From an uncultured archaeon (GTDB lineage Archaea; Asgardarchaeota; Lokiarchaeia; Sigyniarchaeales; SOKP01), in the NCBI GenBank assembly GCA_964525635.1, contig CAZGJX010000008.1, positions 1 to 64,000 of the forward strand: a stretch of DNA of 64,000 nucleotides, given 5' to 3'. A program made the position numbers and the translations under genes. The stretch's first letter is position 1. Every line of letters begins with the position of its first letter. Below the pieces are notes generated by a model, which did not search any database, was not told where the DNA came from, and saw only the letters and a program-made list of their open reading frames with translations. This document shows positions 19,328-30,599 of the stretch, in pieces.

Positions 19328-19594
19328 ATAGGGAAAGCAGAACTTTTTGTAAAAAGAGTCTATGAAATTGTAAATGAGCTCAAGATACCCTTAATTGATG
19401 AGCGAGTATATGATAAAACCATTGTTACTAATAGAAATGCATTAGCAGTTGTAATATTTAAATTTGAAGAAGATGAATCTGTAATACGAGGATTTTTAGG
19501 ATTAGCTGAATATTTCCATAGTGTTATTTTAAAAAAAGATGATGAATTTTATATCCCACATTCATCGATATTATTTAAATTAGAAAGTGTCTAA
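19328..19594 (+). CDS. 88-aa hypothetical protein with ATA start (not in ORF track)
   Basis: AGGTGA at 19316-19321, ATA at 19328, open frame IGKAELFVKRVYEIVNELKIPLIDERVY...FKLESV, TAA 19592-19594; in-frame stop at 19322. Confidence 0.7.
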   Translation: MGKAELFVKRVYEIVNELKIPLIDERVYDKTIVTNRNALAVVIFKFEEDESVIRGFLGLAEYFHSVILKKDDEFYIPHSSILFKLESV

Positions 19595-19735
19595 ACTAAA
19601 TTTATTCTTTTTTTAATTTTTATTTTAAGGTATTTTATCATATGATATAGTTAATTTTAAAAATTTTAACCCAAACCATTTTTAGATTCCTTATTTCTAG
19701 TAAAGATAAGTAAAGCTTATTTTAAAAGAATAATT

Positions 19736-21222
19736 TTAAACTACTTCTTTTTCTGGAATATTATAATGACTGGTTGATCGATGGACTAATAAAAGATATA
19801 TTAAGATTCCCAAAATTAAAAGCAAGTACAAGTATCTTGGGAGTATTATTATGAATATAGAAATTGATATAAATAGTATAAAAAAGATCTTTTTTGTTTG
19901 GATATTTTCTGATTTAGTCTGAAAATGAAAACAAAACCAAATAAGAATTAAGGGAACGTGAAACACAAAATAATATTTAAATATTCCTCTCGTGAAAAAT
20001 AAATGACTAAGAAATGAAAGATATACTATTGCATCGATTAATTTCATTAAATTTAATTTTTTACTATACTTCCAATAAAACATCATAATTGTGAGAATTA
20101 TAGTTGATAAGATTAATCCCCATCCAGTAAATGTTAAAAATCCACAAATCCAAATTAATAAATGGGGTGCATCGATCATTATTAGGCTAGAGTACCAAAA
20201 CATTGGAGATAATATTCTAATATAAGTTGAATAGTCATTTGAAAATAAGTTTGAGGTTTGATTTGCAAAATATGAATTTATATAATTTTCAGGAAATAAA
20301 AAGATTCATGGTAATGATCCTATGAAGAAAATTAATCAGAGCAGTCCAATATATTTTAAAAATCGGCTAAAAAATTTTAAAATATTGACTCGATTTTTTC
20401 TACTATAATCTATTTTAAAATCTTTATGGTCCTGTTCTAAACTTTTAAATACTACGTAAATTAGAATTAGAGGAACAAGAAATATTATCGTCTGTTTTAT
20501 GAGTAAGAAAATTCCTAAAATAATTGTAGCAACATTATATCGTTTTAATGAAATATAATACAAAGTAAGCATGAAAAAAAGAGTAATTAATATGTATTTA
20601 GAAATAATGCTCCTGTATATAATTTATTTAAAGGAGAAAAAATAAATAGAATAAATCCCCATTTGGCAATCTTTTCATTAAAGATGTTTTTTAAAAATTT
20701 ATATAAAATAACTGGGGTTAAAAGATCTGCAATAAATAATGGTAGAAAAACTAAATCAATATTAATAATCCCTGGAGCTGAGATAATATATATAAATAGC
20801 GGAGGATAAAGAAGATCATATTTTGCGGGATCCATCTTATATTCTACCAAAATTGCCCAAGGATCTGGAATAATTTAATAAGTGTCTGCTAAGGTAATTT
20901 TATAAGGAGACCAAATTTCGGTTAAAATTGATTTAGGATCTGAATTATTAGCTAAAGCATCTGCTAATGTAATTTCATAAGGAGTCCAGGCTGGGTCATA
21001 TAATAATTTATAAGCATAACTTTGATACCAAAGTTCATAATCTCTATAAGGTTCGCATGTTGAATATAATATATTTACTAAAGGATTCAAATCGGGATTA
21101 TTAATTTCAGACACGATATTGATAAATATGATTCTAACTAAAATTCTTATAAGAATAGCAATTAAAAATAGCAATAATAGATTTTTTTTAGATTTAATGA
21201 AACTTATTATATTAATTTTCAT
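19736..21222 (-). pseudogene. Fragmented GT-C type (GT87/PIG-M-like) polytopic glycosyltransferase
   Basis: Four consecutive fragments; DYELWY and LYPPLF motifs; in-frame TAA at 20875, frameshift near 20580, in-frame TGAs at 20336 and 20306. Confidence 0.7.
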
Positions 21223-21422
21223 TTTCTTTTATATCTTTTAGTCAACCTTCTTATTTATAATCTGATTTAAATTTAATCTTCAATTATAAAAATATAATTT
21301 GGTTTTTACTCATAATTTTTATAATCATTTCCTTTATCTCTTAAAAAATGAATAAAACTTTTATATTTAGGGAAATATATAATTACAATTCTTTAATAAA
21401 AAATGTTAAATTGATTAATAAA

Positions 21423-22310
21423 ATGAAAAAAAATAGAATTATATCTATATTTTCATTAGGTCTAATTTTAGCTTTTTTAATAAATCCCACTTATTCTTTA
21501 GCTCAAACTGGTTATGTTGGAGTTGCTGTTGGTGATCAAAAGACATGGTACCTCGTTATACATGGTGCGGGAATAAAATCGCTTTTAGAAGATACAGGAG
21601 CTTATGATGAAATTCCTGAGCAATATAAATTCATCTTTGGAACTAATTATGATACTAGAGCTATAGCTACTGTTGAATCAATTTCAGATGAAATGACTGA
21701 AGAAAGTCTTAATTTTTATAATATAAATCTGTCTCTATCTGTTAGAGTCACAGTAGAGGGAGTTACAGAATTATATGTTGAAGATTTTATAGAAAAACTA
21801 ATAAATGGTGAATCAGGGGAACAAGAGATACCTACTATTGTTATGGATCCAAGTACTTCTAATTTCATATATAATCTGTATATTCTCACAAATACTACTG
21901 GATGTTTACCCGGATTAATAATGCCAGTTGGATTAGATTGGGATCAAGCTATTAATGATTTTAATGATATATTATCCTTATTACCAGTGGACATATTCCC
22001 ATTTGATCCTTCTGATCTCACTATAACTGCATTAAGTAATGGGTTTAAATTAAAATTAGCAGAAATGACAATATCTTCAGATGAAGGAGATATGATTATT
22101 AAATCAATAGAGATAACAGGAGTTTATGATTCAAATGGATGGTTATCTAAAATTACAGTATCTTATGGTGGTAAAATAATAATCTCTATGCAAGAGGATC
22201 CTGGCGGAATTCCTGGTTTTGACCTAATTGCATTTTTTGGAATTGGTGGATTAGTCTCTCTCTATTTAATTTTAATAGCAAATAAAAAAGCAAAAAATAA
22301 AAGATCATAA
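21423..22310 (+). CDS. Secreted/surface protein with C-terminal PGF-type (Loki-CTERM-like) sorting signal
   Basis: Signal peptide MKKNRIISIFSLGLILAFLINP (favours ATG 21423 over 21348); ends GGIPGFDLIAFFGIGGLVSLYLILIANKKAKNKRS. Confidence 0.8.
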   Translation: MKKNRIISIFSLGLILAFLINPTYSLAQTGYVGVAVGDQKTWYLVIHGAGIKSLLEDTGAYDEIPEQYKFIFGTNYDTRAIATVESISDEMTEESLNFYNINLSLSVRVTVEGVTELYVEDFIEKLINGESGEQEIPTIVMDPSTSNFIYNLYILTNTTGCLPGLIMPVGLDWDQAINDFNDILSLLPVDIFPFDPSDLTITALSNGFKLKLAEMTISSDEGDMIIKSIEITGVYDSNGWLSKITVSYGGKIIISMQEDPGGIPGFDLIAFFGIGGLVSLYLILIANKKAKNKRS

Positions 22311-22519
22311 TTTTCGTTTAATTGATTTTTTTTATTTAATCTATTATTTCTTAATTTTGATAAATACAATTTTCTTATTTCTTTTATCTATTTTTAATTT
22401 GTTTGTTTTTATCTGATTTGATTCTAACTTTATACAAAGCTATAAATTATAGAACAATATATGAATTTTGTATTATATTCTAATAAAAAAATTGATTTAT
22501 TTTTAACATTTTAAGTTAA

Positions 22520-24202
22520 ATGAGTCCTATAGATGATAAGCTTCTTGAAAAAATAAATAGTATGGAATTACAAAAAGCGGCTGAATTAATACTATCTACT
22601 TTAAAATCCATAAATTCTTGGGAAATTAAGAAATTATTAGTCGAAAAATTACAGGATATTAAAGATAATAATCATTTTCAAGAGATTAAAAATACTTATA
22701 TTAGTGAGACACATCCGCGTGTTAAAATTGGCCTAATCGAACTTCTTTATTTTTGTTATGGGGATCAAGGTAAAGGTTTTATTAAAACACAATATAAAAA
22801 AGAGAAAGATTGGAAAGTTAGAAAAGAAATAGTAAAATCAATAGGTGCCACTTTAAAAATTGAAGATGTTAGTTTTTTTATTGAAGCTTTAAAGGATTCG
22901 AATTTGGAAATAAAGGAAAATTCAATAATATTTTTAGGAAAAACAAGAAGTTCTAAAGCTTTTAATAGTATCATAGAACTTCTACAATATGGTAATATAG
23001 AGATTTTTGACAGTATTATTGATACTTTGGTAAAAATTATAAAGAAAAACAATATTGAACTTATAAATAATTATATTAATGAAAAAAATATCTATATAAG
23101 GAGAGCTATACCATTAGTATTGAAGAAAATAAAATCTGATAGTTCTATAATGATTTTATCTAATCTATTAAATGAGAATGATAATGCTATAAGAATTAAT
23201 GCACTTATAGCTTTAAAAAATAAAGTTAATAGTGATAATATAGAGTTAATACAACAAATTATCGAAATTCTAAATAATAGCAATCTGGCTGTAAAAAACA
23301 ATGCTATAGAAACTCTAGGGAGTATTAGGAATAAAATTGTGATAAAACCCCTTATAGATGTACTAAAGGAAAATGAAACAAAGACGAGAAAATTAGCAAT
23401 TAAATCACTTGCTAAAATATTGATGGATTTTAAAACAGATAAATCTATCTATCGATATTTAAATCATAGAAATATAAAAATCAGAGCCGGCATCATTAAA
23501 ATAATGGGATTAATTAAGGATAAAATTGCGTTAAAACAATTAATAAAAGCATTAAATAGTAAGAATACTAAAATTAGAAAAAATGCATCTAAAGCGATAA
23601 TAAAGATATCTGAAAATGAAATTCATGAAGACTTAATAACTGCTTTAAGAGCTGAAGAGTGGCAAATAAGGAGAGGTGTAGCAAAAATATTAGGTAAGAT
23701 AGGTAATAAAAATAGGAAAGAAGTTATTGAAGCACTCTTTCCTTTATTAGAGGATAAAAATAATAAAGTAAGAAGAGCGGTTATTAATTCATTAGCTAAA
23801 TTATATGATTTAGAAATTATTAGATATGCAAAAGACAGATTAAATGATAGAAATTGGAGAATCAGGAGATCTGTTGTGTCTTTATTATTGAAGATTGGAA
23901 CACAAGAATCTCTAGAATTATTAAGTGAATTTATAAATGATAGAGATGTGTATATAAGAAATTGGGTTATAAAATCTATAGGTAAATCAAAAAATATAGA
24001 AAATATCGATCCTTTAATTGATAAACTATATGATAAAGATGAAAAAACTAGAATTACAGCGATAAAAGCTTTGGGAAATATAGGAAATAAAAAGAGTATA
24101 AAGTCCTTGGCAGAACTATTGACTAATATTAATTGGTCTATAAAAAAAGAAGCAGAATTAGCTTTAAATAAAATAGATCCTGAATGGATGGAATATTTAT
24201 AA
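22520..24202 (+). CDS. Long HEAT-repeat protein
   Basis: Many ~31-aa repeats (VRRAVINSLAKL, TRITAIKALGNIG). Confidence 0.88.
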   Translation: MSPIDDKLLEKINSMELQKAAELILSTLKSINSWEIKKLLVEKLQDIKDNNHFQEIKNTYISETHPRVKIGLIELLYFCYGDQGKGFIKTQYKKEKDWKVRKEIVKSIGATLKIEDVSFFIEALKDSNLEIKENSIIFLGKTRSSKAFNSIIELLQYGNIEIFDSIIDTLVKIIKKNNIELINNYINEKNIYIRRAIPLVLKKIKSDSSIMILSNLLNENDNAIRINALIALKNKVNSDNIELIQQIIEILNNSNLAVKNNAIETLGSIRNKIVIKPLIDVLKENETKTRKLAIKSLAKILMDFKTDKSIYRYLNHRNIKIRAGIIKIMGLIKDKIALKQLIKALNSKNTKIRKNASKAIIKISENEIHEDLITALRAEEWQIRRGVAKILGKIGNKNRKEVIEALFPLLEDKNNKVRRAVINSLAKLYDLEIIRYAKDRLNDRNWRIRRSVVSLLLKIGTQESLELLSEFINDRDVYIRNWVIKSIGKSKNIENIDPLIDKLYDKDEKTRITAIKALGNIGNKKSIKSLAELLTNINWSIKKEAELALNKIDPEWMEYL

Positions 24203-24443
24203 CAATTACAAAAATCTATTGTTTAGTTTTTAATTCTTCTTAATTTTGCTTTAGATTTGAATGATATTTTGCTTTTTCTTTAATATTTTAAATTAAAAAA
24301 CATATAATAATAAAAATTAATAATATAATTCAAAATTAAATTACCATTATTCTTGGAAAATTTTTTTATTTCATTTAATATTATATATTATAAATAAAAA
24401 TGATTAGCATTAAATATATAATCATTAAGATAATGATAGGCGT

Positions 24444-25004
24444 TTGGAAATGGAGAGAAAAGATTCAAAATCTAGAATTATCAAAGAAACTTTTCCTCCA
24501 GAGATCTTATCCATTATTGGTTCGATATTAGCTGGCCTTATACTAACCTTAATTCTTTTACCTTTCAAAAGTTTCCCTAATCTAATTTTAATAATTCCCG
24601 CGCTTCTTTCATTGAGGGGGAATATTACTAGTCCTTTCAATGCAAGAACAGCAAGAGATTTAATTATAGGAGAATTCAATAATAGAAATCTTATAGAAAA
24701 TATTTTAGCAACATATATATTAGCTATGATTACAGCAGTTCTCATAGGTATATGTAGTCTTTTATTAGAGATCTTTTTTTTTAAATTGGGATTTATTTCT
24801 TTTGAACATTTTATATTTATTCCCTCTCTTTCAATGATTTTTACTTTATCTACCTCTATTCCTATTTCCATTATATTAAATTATTATGTCTTTAAATATG
24901 GTTTAAATCCAAATAATGTTATCCAACCATTTATGTCAGCAATAGAAGATTGTATAAATGTTATTTTTTTTTATATTACATTAATTATTTTAGGGGTGCA
25001 ATAA
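24444..25004 (+). CDS. MgtE-type integral membrane domain (divalent cation transporter half)
   Basis: PALLSLRGNI; GLNPNNVIQPFMSAIED. Confidence 0.8.
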   Translation: MEMERKDSKSRIIKETFPPEILSIIGSILAGLILTLILLPFKSFPNLILIIPALLSLRGNITSPFNARTARDLIIGEFNNRNLIENILATYILAMITAVLIGICSLLLEIFFFKLGFISFEHFIFIPSLSMIFTLSTSIPISIILNYYVFKYGLNPNNVIQPFMSAIEDCINVIFFYITLIILGVQ

Positions 25005-25005
25005 A

Positions 25006-25557
25006 TTGGATTATTTTAAAAAAATAATCAAAGAATCTATTATAATCATAATTATATCATCATTGATAGGAATAATAACTGGTACATTTTTATCTAATAA
25101 TCAAGAACTATTATATACAATACCCATTGTACTTCTATTGCTTCCATGCATAAATTCTTTAATTGGTGACATCTCGACTATTCTAATCTCAAGATTAACA
25201 ACACATTTATATCTTGGTACTATCCCTCCTAAAATCAAAATAACAAAAAGGCTATTAGAAGATTTTATTGGGCTCTTAATTACGATACTATTAAGTCTTT
25301 TAACACTCTTAATTATTGGTTATGCTATGGCTTATTCTACCAATTTACCAATTGTAAATCCTTTTATGATCTCTTTTATTATAATCCTCACCGTATTAAT
25401 TCTATTTGGATTAATATTTATGATAATGTTTATTAGTTCAATATTCATTTTTAAAAAAGGTAAAGATCCAAATAATTTTTTAATACCCTTTATCACATCA
25501 TTTATTGATTTCTTATCTCCTTTATTCATTATCATTTTTATCGTAATATTTATATAA
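25006..25557 (+). CDS. MgtE-type integral membrane domain (second half)
   Basis: PCINSLIGDI; GKDPNNFLIPFITSFID. Confidence 0.8.
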   Translation: MDYFKKIIKESIIIIIISSLIGIITGTFLSNNQELLYTIPIVLLLLPCINSLIGDISTILISRLTTHLYLGTIPPKIKITKRLLEDFIGLLITILLSLLTLLIIGYAMAYSTNLPIVNPFMISFIIILTVLILFGLIFMIMFISSIFIFKKGKDPNNFLIPFITSFIDFLSPLFIIIFIVIFI

Positions 25558-25595
25558 AATTAATAGTTAGAAGATTATTAGAGAAAAATAACAAA

Positions 25596-26843
25596 ATGAC
25601 ACCAATTAAAAAGAAATTTAAGTACCAACCGATCTCCCTAAAAGATATTTTGAAGCAAATGAAACAAAATATCGATTTAATGATAGATCTAGCATATAGT
25701 GCTATTAAATTCGGTAGTAAAGAATTAGCAAATGAAGTATATAAAATAGAACAAAAAATACATGAATTAACTTTTTTATTAAATTTTCAAATAATTCAAA
25801 CACAACCAGGAGGACTTGAAAAAGCTAAGAAATTAGAACCTATAGTTGTTATGGGTTATTCTATTGATAAAATTTCAGATGCTTTATCAGATATTGCTCG
25901 TGTAATTTTTATCAATAGTGATATTGCTTATTTTGCACAATTAATGTGGGATTATACTCCAGAACCAATTGTTAAAATTAAAGTGAAAGAAGGTAGTTGT
26001 TTTATAAATCAATTTAAAAAAGATATACATTTTCGTTCAAAACATGGTATTGATTTGATAGCTATAAGAAGAAAAAATCAATGGATTTTTAAAGAAAATA
26101 ATAAAATTCTACAAAATGATAATTTAATAGTAAAAGGTGAAATCGAACCAATAATGCAATTGAAAAAAGAATGTTATGACAATGAACCAATTTCTTTTAC
26201 TTTTGATAAGGAAATAAAAAAGTCTATTTTTGATATAAGTGATCCAGAAATTCAGGAAAAGTTTGAAGATATTAAAAAAACATATATCAAAATAACAGAT
26301 ATTTCAGAGACTATGACCGAATTGGCTCTTGCGGCTTTATTTTTCAATAATCTCGAAGTGGCTGAAGATGTTTTGGAAATGGAGGAATTAATGGATGGGC
26401 TTAATATAAATTTCGAAAAAGATTTATTAGACTTAGCCAGTAATCTTCAAAATCCTCGTGATTTAACAGGTATTCTAAGAATTGTATTTTCATGTGAGTT
26501 AATAGCAGATGCTGCTCAAAATATAGCAGAAAGTTTACTTAAAGGATTTAAACCACATAGAATCCTTCACCAAGCAATCTCAGAAACTTCTGAAATTGTT
26601 GTTAGAGAAATATTATCAGAAGATTCTTATTTTAGAGGAAAAACTTATCAACAATTACAAGACAGTCGATATAAAAGAGGATTTCATATTATAGCCTTAA
26701 AAAGAAAGAATAAATGGATTTATAGTTTTAAACAGAATTTTACTTTTGACAAAAACGATTTGATTATTGGTCTGGGTCCTAAAGAAACTGTTGAAGAATG
26801 GAGAAGATGTGTGAATCCAGCTAAATTTGCTGAAAAATCTTAA
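25596..26843 (+). CDS. Duplicated PhoU-like + TrkA-C (RCK_C) regulatory protein (COG3273-like)
   Basis: LMIDLAYSAI...ELANEV and MTELALAAL...EVAEDV; IAIRRKNQW and IIALKRKNKW. Confidence 0.82.
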   Translation: MTPIKKKFKYQPISLKDILKQMKQNIDLMIDLAYSAIKFGSKELANEVYKIEQKIHELTFLLNFQIIQTQPGGLEKAKKLEPIVVMGYSIDKISDALSDIARVIFINSDIAYFAQLMWDYTPEPIVKIKVKEGSCFINQFKKDIHFRSKHGIDLIAIRRKNQWIFKENNKILQNDNLIVKGEIEPIMQLKKECYDNEPISFTFDKEIKKSIFDISDPEIQEKFEDIKKTYIKITDISETMTELALAALFFNNLEVAEDVLEMEELMDGLNINFEKDLLDLASNLQNPRDLTGILRIVFSCELIADAAQNIAESLLKGFKPHRILHQAISETSEIVVREILSEDSYFRGKTYQQLQDSRYKRGFHIIALKRKNKWIYSFKQNFTFDKNDLIIGLGPKETVEEWRRCVNPAKFAEKS

Positions 26844-26879
26844 AGGTAGTTCAAAAATTGCAGGATAATTTTAAAGATA

Positions 26880-27743
26880 TTATGAAGATAATTTATTTAT
26901 AAGAGATTTTAAAGTGTTTAAATTAATAATATCTTCTTTTAAATCTTTTCCCTTAGGTGTTTCTAAAATTCCTGGTATATTTTTAAATCTCTTATCATTT
27001 AAAAAATATCTAAAAGGATTTTTCCCAATCTTTCCTTGCCCAATATGAGTATGTCTATCTTTTTTAGAATTTAATTCTCCTTCAGCATCATTTAAATGAA
27101 AAGCTTTTAAATATTTAATACCAATTATTTCATTAAATAAATCCCACATTTCATTATACTTATTTAAAGTTGTAAAATCATACCCAGCTACATAGGAATG
27201 ACATGTATCAAAGGTTATTCCTATCCTTTTTTTATCATTTAATTCATCGATAATCGAAATCATATGTTCAAATTTATAACCCAAATCATTTCCTTGACCT
27301 GCTGTTGTTTCAAGAAGAATAACAACATTAGATGACTTGGTTTCATTCATTAATTTAATTAATTGTTCAGAAATTCTTAATAATGCTTTAATATCATTTT
27401 CATCTTTATTCTTATTACCAGGATGCATATTTACATAATCAATGCCTAATTGGTCTGCTTTTATTAACTCATCTAACATTCCTTGATATGATTTTTGTTC
27501 TAATTCCTTATCTTGATTGGCAAGATTTATTAAATAACTATTATGTGAAACCAATGGCCATATATCATTATATTTTTCTTTGTTTTTTTTAAATTCTATA
27601 ATATCTTTTTTATCTAGGGGTTTGGATACCCAAGAACGAGCATTTCTAATAAATAGTTGAATAGTCTCACATCCTATAGATTTTCCTCTTTCAAAAGCGA
27701 GATGTTTCCCTCCTGCGATACTCATATGAGCTCCTAATCTCAA
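26880..27743 (-). CDS. nfo: Endonuclease IV
   Basis: GAHMSIAGG, HNSYLINL, HPG, LETTAGQG, DTCH, HLND, DRH, ILETP. Confidence 0.95.
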   Translation of the reverse strand: MRLGAHMSIAGGKHLAFERGKSIGCETIQLFIRNARSWVSKPLDKKDIIEFKKNKEKYNDIWPLVSHNSYLINLANQDKELEQKSYQGMLDELIKADQLGIDYVNMHPGNKNKDENDIKALLRISEQLIKLMNETKSSNVVILLETTAGQGNDLGYKFEHMISIIDELNDKKRIGITFDTCHSYVAGYDFTTLNKYNEMWDLFNEIIGIKYLKAFHLNDAEGELNSKKDRHTHIGQGKIGKNPFRYFLNDKRFKNIPGILETPKGKDLKEDIINLNTLKSLINKLSS

Positions 27744-27967
27744 TTAAATATCATCTCTATATTATTTTATTAAATTTTTTTTTATGTGATAAAATAATGA
27801 ATTGTGAATTTGAAAAAATTAATTATTATAATTGATATAAATAGATAAAATATTGATTTTATGCTATAATGAAGTGTATTATTGATTTTATAATTATTTT
27901 TCAAAACAATGAATGAATAATGTGTTATCAGATGGATATATATCTTTAAGATAAGAGATCTTTAATT

Positions 27968-28561
27968 ATGTATAAAAAGTTAAAAATCTATGACAAAAAG
28001 AATAAAATGATTAAGTTTAAAGCCAAGATTGAAATTTTATTGCGTTATATAGGAATAATATTAATTTTATTTAGTTTTATTTTTTCAATTATCTTGGATT
28101 TCTTTCTTTTTAATATTATATCCTATTGTATCCTTTTAATCATTATTATTCCTTTATTTCTGATAATGCTTCTTAATAAAATAGAATTTGAAATTATAGT
28201 TAGATATATAAACACTATATTAGTAATTATATCACTAAATTCTATAGTTATTTCAATTTTAACTATAAATCTCAATTATCTACAGAACATTTCACTCTTT
28301 ATAATAGCCATATTTTCAAATCTATTAATAATTATATGTTGGAATTATTCTTTTTCAATTTATAAGAAGAAAAAAATAATTTTTCTTATTTGTGGATTTC
28401 TATATTGCGTTCTTACAGCATTTTATAAATTAACTTTTATAATTCGATACACAATATGGTTAATAGGAATAATTCCTCTTTTTTTGATTATTTTAGGGAT
28501 ATTATTGATAATTATATGCGAATTTTCTATGAGATTGAAAAATTTATTTGATTGGCTTTAA
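27968..28561 (+). CDS. Multi-pass membrane protein, unknown function
   Basis: About six hydrophobic helices. Confidence 0.6.
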   Translation: MYKKLKIYDKKNKMIKFKAKIEILLRYIGIILILFSFIFSIILDFFLFNIISYCILLIIIIPLFLIMLLNKIEFEIIVRYINTILVIISLNSIVISILTINLNYLQNISLFIIAIFSNLLIIICWNYSFSIYKKKKIIFLICGFLYCVLTAFYKLTFIIRYTIWLIGIIPLFLIILGILLIIICEFSMRLKNLFDWL

Positions 28562-28640
28562 TTTTAATAATTTAAAATTTCCTTATAGCTAAATATATTT
28601 GGAAATCTTTATTCTGGATATTTTAATTCAAAAGAAAAAA

Positions 28641-30359
28641 TTAAAGATCTCTGTTAATCCAAAAATCTTCTAATTCTTGTTTTGAAAAGGTTACTTTTAA
28701 TTTAGTAGGTTCAGATTGTATATTACGAAAAAAGTTAGGTATCTCATTTAGTTTATTCGTTATACCAGCTTTTTGATTAAAATCTAATTCGGTTTTAATT
28801 ATATTTTTACCTATTTTGATTACTTCTTCCTGAGATAAATTAATCCCATACATTGTATTAATAGCTTTGGTTATTATATCCATATTTTCATAACTAGGAC
28901 CTATGAAATAACAACAACCCATAGAATCAAGAATTGCTGTATATATTTGTAATTCATATGATAATTCCAATTTACCTTTATTTTCAATTAATGACCCATA
29001 ATCTTTATCTTTTCTAGCAGATCTACCTGCAATAGCAGCCCCAGCGGTATGATCCGCTCCCATTGGTGAGGTGGCATAAGTAATACTCATTCCTTTAAAG
29101 ACTCTTGGATCATATGCAGAAATCGCTTGACCCTTAACATGAGGTACATTAGATATATTTAACTTACTTGCTAAAAAACATATACCATTTCCATATAAAT
29201 GACCTAAATCGGAACCTTTTTTAATTTCCTTAAGTATTTCCATAACTTTAGCAGCATCTCCCCATTTGATTTTCCTATTATCCATGGCAATACCAATAGT
29301 GGATCCAAATTCAATTGTATCAATTCCAATATCATCACACATATGATCTATATTCGCTATTTTATCCAAATTATCGATTTTTAAATTTGAACCATTCATA
29401 GCAATAGTTTCATATTCTAAACTTGACGTTAAATGATTTCCTTTACGATCTTTAATTAAATTTGAACACTTTATCACACATGTAGGACTACATGGTAGCC
29501 TATTTTTTCCTCCCCTTTTTACAATTAATTTATTTAATTTTTCCCCAGAGATCTTATCAATCTTTTTAAAATTTCCCCATTTATAATTTTTTGTAGGCAA
29601 TCCGCCAAGATTATTTATTGCTTTCATTAATATTGGAGTTCCGAATATGGAAAATGTCCGTCTAGTTGTTGCTAAATTCATAGAGAATGGTTTCGAAATA
29701 GATCGAAATCTCTTAATATCTTTAATTTTAACTAATGATTTTTTTGGAGGTAGAATTACAATTGCCTTAATTTTTTTTGATCCCATCACGGCTCCTAATC
29801 CTCCTCTCGCAGCATGACGTGAGGGAAATCCTTGTAAATCATTTACAGCAATGGTAGAAGCCCTCATTAAATGTTCTCCAGCAGGACCTATAGAAAAAAT
29901 ACCTATCCTTTTTCCATAGATATCATATAATTTTTTAACAAGTTCATAATTACCTAAATCCTTGAAATTATATGTCTTCTCAAAATCAATTGAATTACTG
30001 TCGATAATAATTATTTTCCATTCAGAAGATATATTTTTAAGAAATATAGCTCGAATTCCATGCTCAGCTAGCATTACGCCAGATCTTCCTCCTACATTAG
30101 CTTCTTTTATTCCATTAGTTAAAGGACTTTTTCCTCCAATTGATGTTCGTCCAGAATTAGGAAATGGACTTCCAGTTAATAAACCACTTGCTATAATTAA
30201 TATATTTTTTTCATTTAATGGATCACAATCAGCTGGGATTTTTTCATTGATAATTTCGGAAGTTAATCCTCTTCCTCCTAATAAAAAATATTTTGAAGTT
30301 GTATTAATTTCGGTTTTATTAATAGATTCTGTCTTAAGATCAATTTCTAATAAATTCAT
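28641..30359 (-). CDS. aor: Tungsten aldehyde:ferredoxin oxidoreductase family protein
   Basis: LGGRGL, KSPLT, IGPAGE, AARGGLGAVMGSKKIKA, CSPTCVIKC, EYET, GIDTI, GADH. Confidence 0.92.
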   Translation of the reverse strand: MNLLEIDLKTESINKTEINTTSKYFLLGGRGLTSEIINEKIPADCDPLNEKNILIIASGLLTGSPFPNSGRTSIGGKSPLTNGIKEANVGGRSGVMLAEHGIRAIFLKNISSEWKIIIIDSNSIDFEKTYNFKDLGNYELVKKLYDIYGKRIGIFSIGPAGEHLMRASTIAVNDLQGFPSRHAARGGLGAVMGSKKIKAIVILPPKKSLVKIKDIKRFRSISKPFSMNLATTRRTFSIFGTPILMKAINNLGGLPTKNYKWGNFKKIDKISGEKLNKLIVKRGGKNRLPCSPTCVIKCSNLIKDRKGNHLTSSLEYETIAMNGSNLKIDNLDKIANIDHMCDDIGIDTIEFGSTIGIAMDNRKIKWGDAAKVMEILKEIKKGSDLGHLYGNGICFLASKLNISNVPHVKGQAISAYDPRVFKGMSITYATSPMGADHTAGAAIAGRSARKDKDYGSLIENKGKLELSYELQIYTAILDSMGCCYFIGPSYENMDIITKAINTMYGINLSQEEVIKIGKNIIKTELDFNQKAGITNKLNEIPNFFRNIQSEPTKLKVTFSKQELEDFWINRDL

Positions 30360-30599
30360 ATTTTCTATTATGATATCATCTTATTTGTTTTTTTTTTTTA
30401 TTTTTTAAAAAAAATCCCTTTTTCAGATCTTACAATTATTTTATAGTTTCAATGAAGAAAATGCTATAATTATTAAGAAATTTCAGAATATTTATTAAGA
30501 TGTATTTTTCTTATTATTATAGGTAAGTGGTATTGTTGCTATTTTTTTTTAAAAAATAGTGATTATTATATTATCCAATTAAAATATAAGATTCAAGTT

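Noticed and set aside
20306-20338. Two in-frame TGA codons as possible selenocysteine or recoding
   Set aside because: They lie in hydrophobic, Trp-compatible contexts of a gene that also has a TAA stop and a frameshift; TGA is a normal stop elsewhere in the window; no SECIS recognised
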